DNA of 64,000 nucleotides from NCBI GenBank assembly GCA_046563655.1, contig CM102286.1, forward strand, positions 5,890,001 through 5,954,000, in the 5' to 3' direction. Below the pieces are notes generated by a model, which was given only the letters and a program-made list of their open reading frames with translations, did not search any database and was not told where the DNA came from. Positions 14,068 to 25,945 of this stretch are shown here, in pieces; within the stretch, counting starts at the first letter, position 1; each line of letters starts with the position of its first letter. Both the position numbers and the translations under genes were made by a program. The DNA is from Yuukianura sp. NJ FZ-2021 (lineage: Eukaryota).

Positions 14068-14160
14068 TTTCCACCAAGGTTCCAATCCCTGAGACCTAGA
14101 AATATATGAATGTGAATTTGAAAACGTCATAGATTTTTGTCTCAGGACTGGACGGTGGAA
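14068..14160 (+). ncRNA. mir-125: pre-miR-125 (divergent); mature 5p from 14086 UCCCUGAGACCUAGAAAUAUAUGA
   Basis: First 11 nt are identical to miR-125/lin-4 (UCCCUGAGACC). Hairpin pairs CCUGAGAC/GUCUCAGG and UAUGA/UCAUA, with basal UUCCACC/GGUGGAA. Third position in the miR-100/let-7/miR-125 order. Confidence 0.88.
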
Positions 14161-14328
14161 AACTTTCTCCAGGAAACACTTCCAAATGTGAGGTCAGATT
14201 TTTAATTTTGATGAGTTTAATTAAAGGAGTTTTAATTAAAAGCTTAAGGAATTTAGTATAATTAAGTTGTGGAGAGCAACATAAAAATTCTAAATGTAAG
14301 GCAGTTCCTCTCCGGAAAAGAGGTTAGT

Positions 14329-14371
14329 AATTAGAATTCCCAAAAGTGTCACACCTTTGGAAATTCTAATT
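14329..14371. repeat. Near-perfect palindrome, 21-bp arms (2 mismatches), 1-nt spacer
   Basis: aattagaattcccaaaagtgt-c-acacctttggaaattctaatt. Confidence 0.85.
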
Positions 14372-17300
14372 CAAACTTTTTAAACTAAAGCGCATTGGTA
14401 ATTAAATACTTGTATTGATTAATTTTCAAGCTTTCACTTTTTATGTTGTTCAGTTGCGTACATTTGTATGCTAATTTTTCTGCCTTCTTTAAATTGGATA
14501 TTTGTCAATTGTATCGTTTTCCAGTTTTTGAAATGGGACCTTGAACGTGTCAATTCGTCTTAAGATAATAAAATCCAAGTACCTAAATAACAACTTGCGT
14601 TTTTCTTCTTAAAACTGGATTTGAATTAAATGAAGTGTAACGCGATCTGTATAAAAATATTTACTAATTTTGTTGTTATCAAAAACATTTTTGATTCATG
14701 ATATCAAGATTTTGTGGTTTGTGTTATAATCAGACGAAATTGAAAGCCAACATTTTCAACAGTTTTCTTTGTTTCCTTTGTTTCTAAAAATGCACGCTTA
14801 GTTCAAAGTTTAATCAAAAATAAACTAAACGTAAATTTTTCAGATCCCACGCCCAGAATGAAAAAAGCGTCCTCAAAAAATACTTTTCTAACAAACATCG
14901 ATCAAACAGGATTCTCTCATCAACGCTTCTTGTAATAAGTAGGTTGACAAAAATGTAAACTGGAACCGGGTTGACCGTCATCGCATAGAGCGGGATGGGA
15001 GCTCAGTCTTTTACCGAGTTCTGTGTAACTTGAAAAATTCAAAATTTTAAAAATCAAAACTGGTATTTCATTGAAGCAAGTCTGCTGGTCAATTTTTAAG
15101 TTCGGCTGCTCGAAGGAGATCGAAATCCAGAGTCCACTCCCAGGATACAGTGGTGACAAAAGAGTCAAATTCAAGCAGCGGTCACTTTCCCACGCTCCAT
15201 TTAAAGTGTCTACACCTACATTTTTCTAGAGTCTGCAAAAGTTTAAAAATCAACTTTCTAAGCATCAGTTTCACATTCAGAAATGTCGTGGACAACTTGC
15301 ATTGAATAGAGAAGGTTCCTGTACGTCCAGTTTTTTCAAACCTGAAGAAGTGAAAATAGCAATAACACAATCGAAAGCATTTTTAAGACGGCGATTACAG
15401 GATCGGTTCTCAGGGAGTGGAAATGTTCAAAAACTTTTTCAAATTTTTTTTGAAACAATCAAATTGAAAAACCAATTTCGAATCGGTCACTCCTTTGTTC
15501 ATGTACAAAACTTCGCTTCAACAATCGGTTGATCGTTCCAGGTGGAGTCTCCGTGACATGCCATTGTGGGGAGAAGTTTATAAAAATTAAATAATGCAAA
15601 TTGTACGTTATTCAAATGGTTCGACATGGTCAGCAACTGTTTCGGACGCCGCCATTGCCTATGTGAGTTGTAACATGTCGAAGGGAGTAGTCCTATGATC
15701 CAAAATGGATTAGACTCTTGGTAATAATTGTGGGTTAAGTAGATGCCTCATGTACTTTAGGATAGAAATGAAGGAAATGACAATGGAAAAGACTATAAGG
15801 ACCAGGAGGGGTATTAGTCAGCCTGCCTTATTCTTCGGTTCGTGGTGATCGTTGAATCATTCAAATGCAAACAGTGTACAAGACAATAGGTTTTGAAGAG
15901 GGGTTGAAGTTAGAAGAGGTTCGATAAGGCACCAGGGATTCAATTTCTGGAAGAATAAAATGACTGGCAAAATGGAGGGTGAGAGAGGGTGATATGGATG
16001 AAACAGGCGCAATACTATATTACATTTGACTAAAAAATTAAATAGTCCCGTTGTACTAAATTATCATACGGATTCTAGTCTAGACACAATTTTTTATTAG
16101 CTGAAATACTTCTTTGTCGAATAACGTTTGTTTAATTTAAACAAACTTTGTTTTTAGTTGTGGTGTGATTTTATGGGCGTAAAGCTTGACGGTTTCAAAC
16201 CAATTGAAAGAGACTCAAAAGTGAAAGTCAGGAGAAAGTCTAAGGGTTCACTTGCCTTTGCGTCGGACAGTTCATGACGATTTGAGATTTTATTTTAGAG
16301 ATTAAGTGAAACTTTGAAGTTGACGATTTGCAAATTTCATATCATTCATTTAGTACACACCTTTATTGGCCTTACAGTTTTTGTAAGTTTGTCACTTTTC
16401 AAAATTCGGCTTTCAAATTTAAAAAAATTTCAACCGCATTGTGGACTACTATAGTTCATTTTTACCCTGTGCAGTTGTTAAATTTGATTTTTAATATATC
16501 ACACCGAGAAACGTGTTAGGTTGAAGTGAATCTGCCGCTTCTTTGTGTACCCGCAAATTAAAACGTTTCTCGCCAATATTTATTTTATATGTTTTAACTT
16601 GAAATTAGCATGGGTCAGTATTAAAGTGTACGAGTGGTTTATCGAGCTGGGAACGAAGTAATTTAAATTTCAAAACGCCAGAAACGATGGACAATTCGAG
16701 TGTATGAGTAGCACAATTCCAAATTTCAAAACGCTAGGAATTTGTGAAAAATTTGACTGTAAGAGTAGTGTGCTAGAGGGAAAACGGTAAAATAAAACTT
16801 TGTCAAAAACGTTTCGAATTATCAAAACATAAAATCGACTGATTTTTTTTTCAAAATTTTTGGGAATTTTCAGTTTTTCGTTTATTGTCCGTCTTTTTTG
16901 TATAATGATGTGATGTACTATAAAAGAAAATACATATTACTACTGATATTTTCATATCGTAAAAGTGAACGTGTCATTTTTCAAAGTGAAGATTTCGCTG
17001 CAGGTTTATCTTCACCGAAATGGAGAAAAGTTGAATACCTTTCAAAGTTTACATATTCGCCGTGCCACTCATTAAAAAAAATTGAAACAGTTTTTAATTA
17101 CTGCTACGTTTTGGTGTAGATAAATTGAGAATTGAAATTTCGAAATTTGAAATAACTTTTTGTTCTTTTTTCTAGAATAAAAAAAAATAGAATTCTCGTT
17201 CCAAGTTGTGTAAGACGGTTCTCAACAGCCACCAGGTGGATTTCTTACGCAAACAAGACAATGTGGTAGTAGTATTGCATAGGATTTCGTAAATGAAAAT

Positions 17301-20300
17301 GGCTCAATCGTTTGCATGTTTATAATAGAAGGAATTTTCCTGGAGGGATCCTGAGTGGCAAATGATTTCTGAACCTTTGTTTATGAAAATGGTTTTGGAA
17401 TTAGACATTGATCGTGAAACAAGAAATCATGGTGAAAGAGCTTGGCCAACGGATCCCTCATTTTCTCCTGCAGAGCGGCAGAATGCAAATTACGAAATCA
17501 GTCTCCCCGTGCCTTGTTTCCATTGTTTCGGAGAATTAAATGCTGTTGAATCACAACCTTTCAACGAGCAACCTTCCTTCAGGCCCACATCCCGTATAAA
17601 ATACTTCTACCGACGAGTCTTGAGCAACTTCGGGTTGCATAACAAAAGTTGACTAGCACAAGATTGCGTCCTTCCATGTTCAGCTTTATCGATTTTGAAT
17701 GTGGCCTTACCAGGATCAAAGTAAGATTTTGAAAGAAGCATAAGCTGTGGGGTTGGTGATAATAACTTTCTCCTGGTTTCTTCAAGGGAAAGTTTTTTCT
17801 TCGCGAGGAGCATCTGTAAAGAATAATCATAAGCAACACTAAAATCTAATCCAAGCGAAAATGCTGTCTTAATTTGTGTTTTGTTTGAAACGGGGGTTTG
17901 AAAAAAAAATTAGTCAGTAAAGTTACAAAAAATCCGACCATAAAGACAATTCTTAAGTGAGTTGCATCAAATGGCTGTCGAAAAATTGGGAGCGGATGTT
18001 AAAAATTTATCGAAATTATTCTATATTGGTTCCGAGAATGTGTCTGCAGTCGTACAAAGCCCAGCTTCGCAGAAGAGTTCTGCAAAGTACGCCAGAAAGT
18101 GACTTCCTTGAAGAAAAATTTGCCATTATCTGAGGAAAGTTACGCATGCGCAAACATCGGCGTTCGAACATTTTTTTGAACTTTTGAACTTGGAAAAATG
18201 GGTGAAAGGCATATTGATGAAACGCAGCAACTTTTGGTGTTTTAGATTCTAATTTTGTAAACTATGAATTTTTAGTTCAACTTTTCTTACTACTATTTTA
18301 TTGCTTTCAATGAATTTTCCGAAGCAGGTTTACACTTCTTTTAAGTTTGTTTTGCAAAAGTAGATCAGTACGCATGTTCTGCCCTTATGCCATCAAGAAT
18401 ACTTTTGTGTAATTGCACTTCTACTTCATTGTCAATCAACTTTTCTGCAGAATTAATCTGGTGGACAGATGGGCTCATCTTATGTTGAAATCTTACGAAA
18501 CAGTTTCGTGTAAATTGGGCATTGTTGAATAATGAAAGCATTGAACAAGGCTTGTTTGAATATGATCCAGTTCTTGCGCTTGCAAGTTGTGCAATTTCGT
18601 GTTGAAGTTGGTATCCTTGTAATCTGCTTCTCATTGAACATGATCCGGTTTTTGTCCATAGAAATGCACGTACAGAGGCTAAATTTTTATTCTTCCGAGT
18701 ACAGAGACACTCTTTACGCAGAGTCCAGCCAGAATTTATTTAGTCTCGTTGCTTTCGTGGACAAGTCCTAAGCGAATTCCAGTCGTCCAGTTTGAAAGTG
18801 AAATATTAAACACACTAATATGCAAGAAATTTTACCTTTTTGAACAAGGTATTCAGTGTACAAAATAATTAGTTAGGTAAATCGCAAAAAAAAGAGTTAC
18901 ATAAAGTTACCAGTGAAGTGTTATCCGCCAGACTCACGTAAGTGATAACTACTTAACGATTGTTATTCATGATAACTTCATAAGTCATAGCGTTTCGCTA
19001 ATTCCGAACTCGTGTCAATTTTGAATTTTTTCAATATGTAATTGTTCGAAAACTGTGGGCACACAAATTTTGAAGTTTTTCTGTGGGTAGGGTTTACTAC
19101 GAAAGTACCAAACTCTGCGTTTGTGAATGTAACAAAGAATTAAATTCTCACAAAAACTTGTCAGAAATACGTCGACACATAAGTGATGATGACATAACTT
19201 TATTCTAAAACGGAGGATAAACATTTCTGTAAAAAAAAAATGAATTCGCCGAAAAGCTTAAACTAGGAAATGTCAATTGATTTCATATTTCAACAGCGGA
19301 GATACAATTTTTATCAGACAAGTTTGTTTAACGACTTTCAGTACTTTCGTATTCTCACTGTTCCTCCCAAATTGTTGTTTATGCAGAAACACTTTGTAGG
19401 CGTTTAACCACAAGCATTGGTCTGTGTGTTGCTTTGTAGAAGCCATTGTGTTTCCATGATTCTATTGTTACAGGAAGCAGGGAAAGGGAGGCCATTTGTC
19501 TGTGCACTATTGATTATACCCCTTGCGAATCAAATTCCCCAAATTGGAAAACAGGGAGAAAGCGACGCAGGCGTTTGTCAGTTGGGGAGGAACAACCACA
19601 CTAAATATTCCATTTTAGAAAACATGAGCCTACGATTACTACCTGGATATTTGAATTTACGAGAAAGATGCAGTCCTACTTCTACGTAACTTTCATTAAA
19701 GTAACTTCCATAGATGACAATAAAAATGTATCTGTAGTGTTGAGGAGAGCAGAAAGAATTACGGGGAAAACATTTTGGCGAGTTAACTTAGCTAAACTAA
19801 AATAGCCATAATCATTTTATTACATGAAATCCTCAATGAGCTCCGAATTTAATAATAATAGCATATCATTACTTATTTGAAAAAGCAGCAGAGTCTTAAA
19901 ACTCCCAACAATGAAGAAGTGTTTTTTTTTTAAATGAAAGGGGAGACGGAAATTCAAAACGTTTTATGTAGTAAAACTAGAAAACCGTTGCGCTGAAAAT
20001 TTCGTGGACAGATATTTAACAATGTCATGAACAAAATATTTTATGCTACGTCAAAATCTAAACGAAAAGGTTCAATATTTCAGTGAGAACACAGAAAAGG
20101 CGGTACGGAAAACATGAATTCAGACCAATAGTTGTGACAATGGAAATTAAATTGAGACGTGTTAATTTGACAATTAAAACCAAACCAAAAGTTCGCAGCT
20201 CAGCTACGCCGCTAATTTAGTAGGCGGAAACTAAAAAGTAGTTGCCGGGTTTCTCCAATGAAAAATAACTTCTTCAACACAATGGCCACGTTATTTTACT

Positions 20301-22509
20301 TTACGACTGATATAACCTCCATTTACCCATCTCAAGGACCCAAAATCAATACGTTTCATAAGTTTTCTTGCAGATTTTTTTGGTAATATAGTCCTTCACC
20401 GCCTTTTTCAAAGTTTTTTAGTGGTTGCGTTACTTTTCATTTTTTCGAATTATTTTAAGCATGATTTCAAATTTTTAATGGAAGTATAATATTTGGGATT
20501 TCACATCATTCATTATCAAGTTAAATTAAAATGGGCCAACTATTTTACTTGGGTTTAGCTCTACAAGTTAACTTGGTTAATTTCATTTTCATGTTGAAGA
20601 TGATAGGTTGGATTGGAATATTGAAATGTTTGGTTGCTCTTCGTTCTATTTCCACTAGATCGATGTGTCCATGTTTCCTAGACACAGAAACAGAGAGTGC
20701 AGTCCCTAGAGAAGACAATGGGGAAAGTAACGCAGGCGCGCGTTTCCGGTAGGGGGAGGGTTTCCGCCGTCGCGTATTGATCCAACAACGGTTTTAATTC
20801 AATGTATATGCTCTCCTGTTCCTCAGGCAACCACAACAGTGTGCCTAGAATCCATCATGATGAATTTCTTTTATTTAAGGGTAAATACTTGTACGCGTCT
20901 CGAGATTTATGCTAAACTTGAAACTATATCGGATCTGTATAACTCGGGAAAGTCATAGGAGAAAAGAGAATCAAAACGACGTCGCATAAGACGACACTGA
21001 AATTTCTTAACTGCAACAATCTTTCCACAAAATTGAAATTGGACAATGACTTTAAGCATACCTACGAATTAACTTAATTAGCTGACTTCCTTACACATCT
21101 TGTGTGAAAGTTAGCATTAAAATTACACGTAATTTTGCTTAAACAATCGTATTTAATTTTTAATTGGAAATCAGAATAGAAACTAGTTTCAAATATGCAG
21201 TTATATGCAATACAGTAACTCTAGTTTTAACTACATATTCTCCCCTCTGCTGCTTTCTGTCTTTCTTCATTTTAAGTTCCAGTTATTGGTTACGAAGGGT
21301 TGGATTTTAAAAAAAGCTGGGGGAGGGAAGCGTACAAGCGATACGTTGTAGCCGTTTGAATTTCATTTTCAACCCCACAGAGGATGGGCTTTTATTTTCC
21401 AATGGCTTTACCATATTCCAGACAGGCGTCTCTCTACCCATCCCCCAAATTTTTTGAACTCATTTTTTGAAATTTATATTTTTTCACAATGTACTAAGCT
21501 ACAGGAAATAGTTTGATGTTGTCGTAATAGCGATTATTATATAAATTGTGTCAGAGTTATAGTAGCACTCAAAGTCTCGAATATTCCCATGCATGTTAAA
21601 TTTCAAACCTAACTATATTATGTTGTGTGTGCAAATTGTCATAAATTTTACACGCCTCCTCTGATGTTATCTTTAAAATCATAGGTGTACAGTTAGTAGT
21701 TTAGTTGTCTATGCCGCGCGTACATTTGCGATATCGAAGCAAATAATATTAGCTATAGTCTAAGGTAAGTCATACTCATAACGGTAATGTTTTTTATGGC
21801 ATAATTATTTTTTTCTTACTAACAAAATACAATTTTCAAAAACCGAACGTGGTTCTTATATAATACAAGTATAAATTTCACGAATGAATTTCTTTTACGA
21901 GTTTTACTTATAATAATACGAATTTTGAAACAAATTTTGTGTATACCTTCATACTTGTAATTATTGCAGGTGACGGCGCGGCAAAAGCGCATGGTAGCGT
22001 GCGTTGCCAAAATTTCTAACTGGACTCTGAACTTTTGAAGTTCAGCTTATAAGTGCGTATGAATTTAACCTATTAATGTAAGTTAACATCTACAGAAGGG
22101 ATCTTCACACTTGAGGGAAATTTTCGCAAAAAGTTGAATTAATAGATGGTAGAGAGAAGCAGAATTATTTGAAGATGATATAATAAGTTCGTTGGTACCG
22201 TAAACCGTTTTGCAAAGAAATACTTCATTTTTCATGGTTCCGTAACTTTATAGGGTTGCACAACTCAACTCAAAACTGTTACTTATTTGGAATTTGGTAT
22301 CCGACGTAAAACAATCTAGGTTGACGTGTTTACTTTTTGTTTAAAAGTGACAGCAGAAGTAATAGGATTGCGCAACAGCAGTAAAAACAATGTAAAATAT
22401 AAGACAAAATTGACTTTTCGATTTCACTAGAATTCATTTCAAAATGCAAAGTAAAAAAGTGAAAAGTGATCAACACGTTATATGAAGGGCTTTGTGTTAA
22501 GCAAATCCG

Positions 22510-25349
22510 ATGCGGGTAAGATAAGTTCAGTATTTCAAGTGGAAAGGAACTTAAGAGGCGGAGCTATTGTAAATTCGTTTGTAAAAATTGTAAGACATGC
22601 TTGAAAAAATTAACGTTGTAACTCTCTTTTGTACAAAAAATTTTTTTAGAAACGACGTGCATGGATTTTCTGTTCAAGGGGACTCAACTACACTTACATT
22701 TTAAAAGTGACGTTCATCCTAAGTGCTTTTGCTAACCAATGTTTTTCGAATACACCTTCTGAGGAGCAAGATCATTCGGATGAATCAGCACAACTATGGA
22801 GCAAAAGTCGAGTTTTTCGACTTTACGTGAGCTCAAATACTACTGACGCTAAATCAAAATATGAAGCTGGGATTGAAACATTGGAACCTAATTTGAAAAA
22901 GCTCGAACCAAAGAAAAGATTTGAACCGAATTTGGAAAAATACGAACCGAAAGTGGCAGAACCTGATCCGAGTTTAGAAAAATCATTAAGCACTTTTGAG
23001 GAAGACGATGAGCAAGAGTCCTTTGAAAACATATCCACAGAACGTCAATTTCCATTAAAAAGAAGTTGGGTTAGTGGTCGCTTAACTGCGAAGAGTTCAC
23101 CCGCCGGAAGTGAAAGTAATGTGAAGTTGGGTGTCCTCAAAACTCCTGCACCATTTATTTTACCTGCAGCATATTTACACAACGACGCTTTGTATGGTCA
23201 AGTCCAACCAAAGGTCAAAGGTCACAAGACAAAACAAAAAATTTCAAAACGCAGAAAACAAACAACGCCACAGCCTATACAGCAGCATTTCCAAGCTGTA
23301 AGTTCCATCAAAGAGCGCATACCGAACACTTCCGAGCAAAATTCAAATGTTTCTTTAAAAGCAACATTTCATCCAGCAGATACAGAAGAATTGAGTTCAA
23401 TTGAATTGGAACTTTCCATTAACGGAAAAGGAGCTTCTGAAAATTCTAAAACTCAAATTCAAATTGCAAATCCTCAGAGTCAATGTCTTCAAATTTCGGA
23501 ATCCAAAAGGAAGCGAACTCTGCTGAATGTTTGGTCTTATGGAAAAGGAAGAATCAAATTGGAGAGTCAACGAGAAGTGCCTTCATCAATTCTTAATGGA
23601 AGCGCGGCCGTGGATGGCGAATTGCTCAACCGTGCCGAAATTCCACAGTCCGTGGCAAATGAATTGAGTGCCCTACTAAACGGGATTGGCAGGAGTGATA
23701 ACCGCAGTGTTTTTGCTAATGTTCATCTACCGGCTTCGGGTGAAAGCCTATTTGGAGGAAACCGCCGTCCTAACCTAATTATGCTCCATTATATTTTGTG
23801 GGGTGAACAAGAAAAAGCTTGGCGCCGAATGCTTGATACAACTGTAGAAAACTATTTACGCAATTATTTTGTCACTACGTTTGGACGAAGAAAATCTCGC
23901 AACTTTCCTCCAAGTATGTTGACAATTTAGTATGATATACTTTATATTTTTGGCTACCAAAAAATTACGAAAAAATTACCAACAAACTCACTATATTTTC
24001 CGGCATCTGATTTTAAAAATTCTTGCTTGGAATGTAAAATTGAAATCCTCTATTTTTCAGAGAAAATCAACTGGCGAAAAATGAGAAACGTTCTTCTAAG
24101 TTTCATGGCGTCTCCGGAGGTCAACTGTAGCAGAGGTCAAGAACTTGCTTTAAGCGATTATCCCAAAGAAGAATTTATCTTGCCGCATCGTTTTCAACAG
24201 GTCACCACTGCGCAACCGCTTAGCGACTTTCACCCTCTTCGTTCAAAACCGAATTTACCCGTAAGCGATGGTAGTCCAATCACGCGCCACGATGGCATAG
24301 GGTACGGATGGCAGCAAAATGGGTGGGGAGCGCCGCAACAACAACAAGGATGGGGAGTGCCGTATCAACAGCACGGGTGGGGAGTTCAACAGATCAATTC
24401 TGGATGGGGGTGGGGTGGTGATCAAGGGGGTAAGAAAAAGAAGAAAAAGAAGAAAAGTAAGAAGAAAGGAAAGAAAAAGAAAGGCAAGAAAAAGAAAGGC
24501 AAGAAGAAGAAAAAGAAGAAAGGCGGTTATGGATGGGGCGACCCGCCTGGGTGGGGCTGGGGCCACCCACCTCAACCGCTTCTGCACCAAATTAGCTCAG
24601 GGTGGGACCAAGTACAATGGAACAGTTTCGAATTCGATCCAGCTGAAATTGCCCACAAAGGACTCGCTGTCATTGGTTTGTTTGCAATTCCGATTGCTGT
24701 ATTCGTTGGTGCTTGTGTCGTCGTTTACTTAATCACGACAAAACACAAAAGTAGTGCACCGCAATACATTCATTCCACCGTCCATCGTCCAGCACATATC
24801 TCAACTCCTCTCATCTTCCGCGACTTTCCATCGTTCGGTTGGCGTCGACGCACAGAACGACCTATGTTGCCCACTGACAAATGGAAGTCACCCGACGCTG
24901 CAAATCCGTTGCCCACAGAAGATCCTGATGAGCACCGTGATTATCCAAATTCTGGCTATGGTCCGAGAAAGAAATCTGCGTTCAGGGCAAAGTTCAACAG
25001 TGGAACGAGTTCTATCAAAACGCCACCGAAAACGTTTTCTGAAATTAAAGACTCCAGCACTGCCCGCCGAAATAAACTTTCTGATTATGACTCCTATGCA
25101 AGGCACATGCGGAAACGAGGACACAGGATGCGCGGACATGACAAAAGAGATTCCGGACATGGGCCTTACTACAATGACGAAGAATACGAAGCTAACAAGA
25201 TCCATGAAGTGTACACCCTAGGGTACATACCCACTAGAACGAAACAAGAGGAAGAACTAATCAAAATTTTAAGCAAACATAAAAAAGCACGCCTAGATGA
25301 ATTGTTACAAAAGTGGAAGCTAGACAAAACGAATAAATCATGGATGTAG
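22510..25349 (+). CDS. Uncharacterised ~850-aa probable single-pass membrane protein with GW/GWG repeats flanking a poly-Lys tract; exons 22510-22515, 22650-23913, 24061-25349
   Basis: Two long ORFs (407 and 440 aa) join in phase via CCAA|gtatgt ... ttttcag|AG. A putative ATGCGG|gtaaga micro-exon gives a signal-like N-terminus (less certain). The hydrophobic segment GLAVIGLFAIPIAVFVGACVVVYLI looks like a TM helix. Confidence 0.75.
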
Positions 25350-25730
25350 AAATCAATGAGAAAAAAAAAGTTTACTGTTAATCTTTTTTGAAATTTTTAT
25401 TAACTTTAGTCATCTGAAAGCCGTTTTACCTTGGAATTGAGTTGAAGTTAATCACACTTGTGGTAGTTAAATCGTTTGAATTCAGCAGGTGCATTAAGGC
25501 GAATTCAACGAACGAACCGAAAACTAATGCACTTGGAATCACATAACGTAACGTTATCATAATTTAACTTAAAATTAAACAGATCGGGATTTCCGTAAAG
25601 CTGATTGGTTAATTCAGTGAAAATAAGAACCTCCGCGGTTGTAATTAATATCAAAATCATGGCAAAGTTAGTAGATCGTTTTCTTTTACGAATTATGCTT
25701 CGAAAGTTTAACAAATCGCCAATGAAAGTA

Positions 25731-25821
25731 TCCAGTATGCACAACCCTTCAGAAAATCAGCTTCACTGTCCTGATTGCTAATCATTTACACAGGAAGCTT
25801 CATGGAAGAGGTGGTACTGGA
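25731..25821 (-). promoter_or_regulatory. Eukaryotic type II SECIS element in the SelS 3'UTR
   Basis: Minus strand reads AUGAA-GCUUCCUGUGU-AAA-UGAUU-AGC-AAUCA-GGACAGUGAAGC-UGAU. This gives the AUGA/GA quartet, helix II, unpaired AAA and an apical mini-stem; helix I pairs CCAGUA..CCUCUUC with GAAGGG..UACUGG. Core is ~150 nt 3' of the UGA. Confidence 0.9.
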
Positions 25822-25945
25822 ACTTCTCCTTACTTAATTCTTTTTACGATGATCATTTTCGAAACATTGTGGGGCCTATAATTAGACAGCACTGACGTAC
25901 TGACGTGGGCTCAAGGATTTCACTTTGAAATTCAACTTGAGTAAC

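Noticed and set aside
17362..18771. Coding-like fragments that might be a decayed gene or transposon
   Set aside because: All frames are interrupted and no motif is recognisable.
19553..20760. Loosely repeated motif GAAAG..ACGCAGGCG..GGGGAGG at ~19555 and ~20722
   Set aside because: Only two short, gapped copies, insufficient to call a regulatory element.
24290..24620. GW repeats as an Argonaute-hook (GW182-like) protein next to a miRNA cluster
   Set aside because: The repeats lie N-terminal to a TM helix in a protein with a signal-like start, so they are probably lumenal or extracellular. No UBA or RRM domain is visible.
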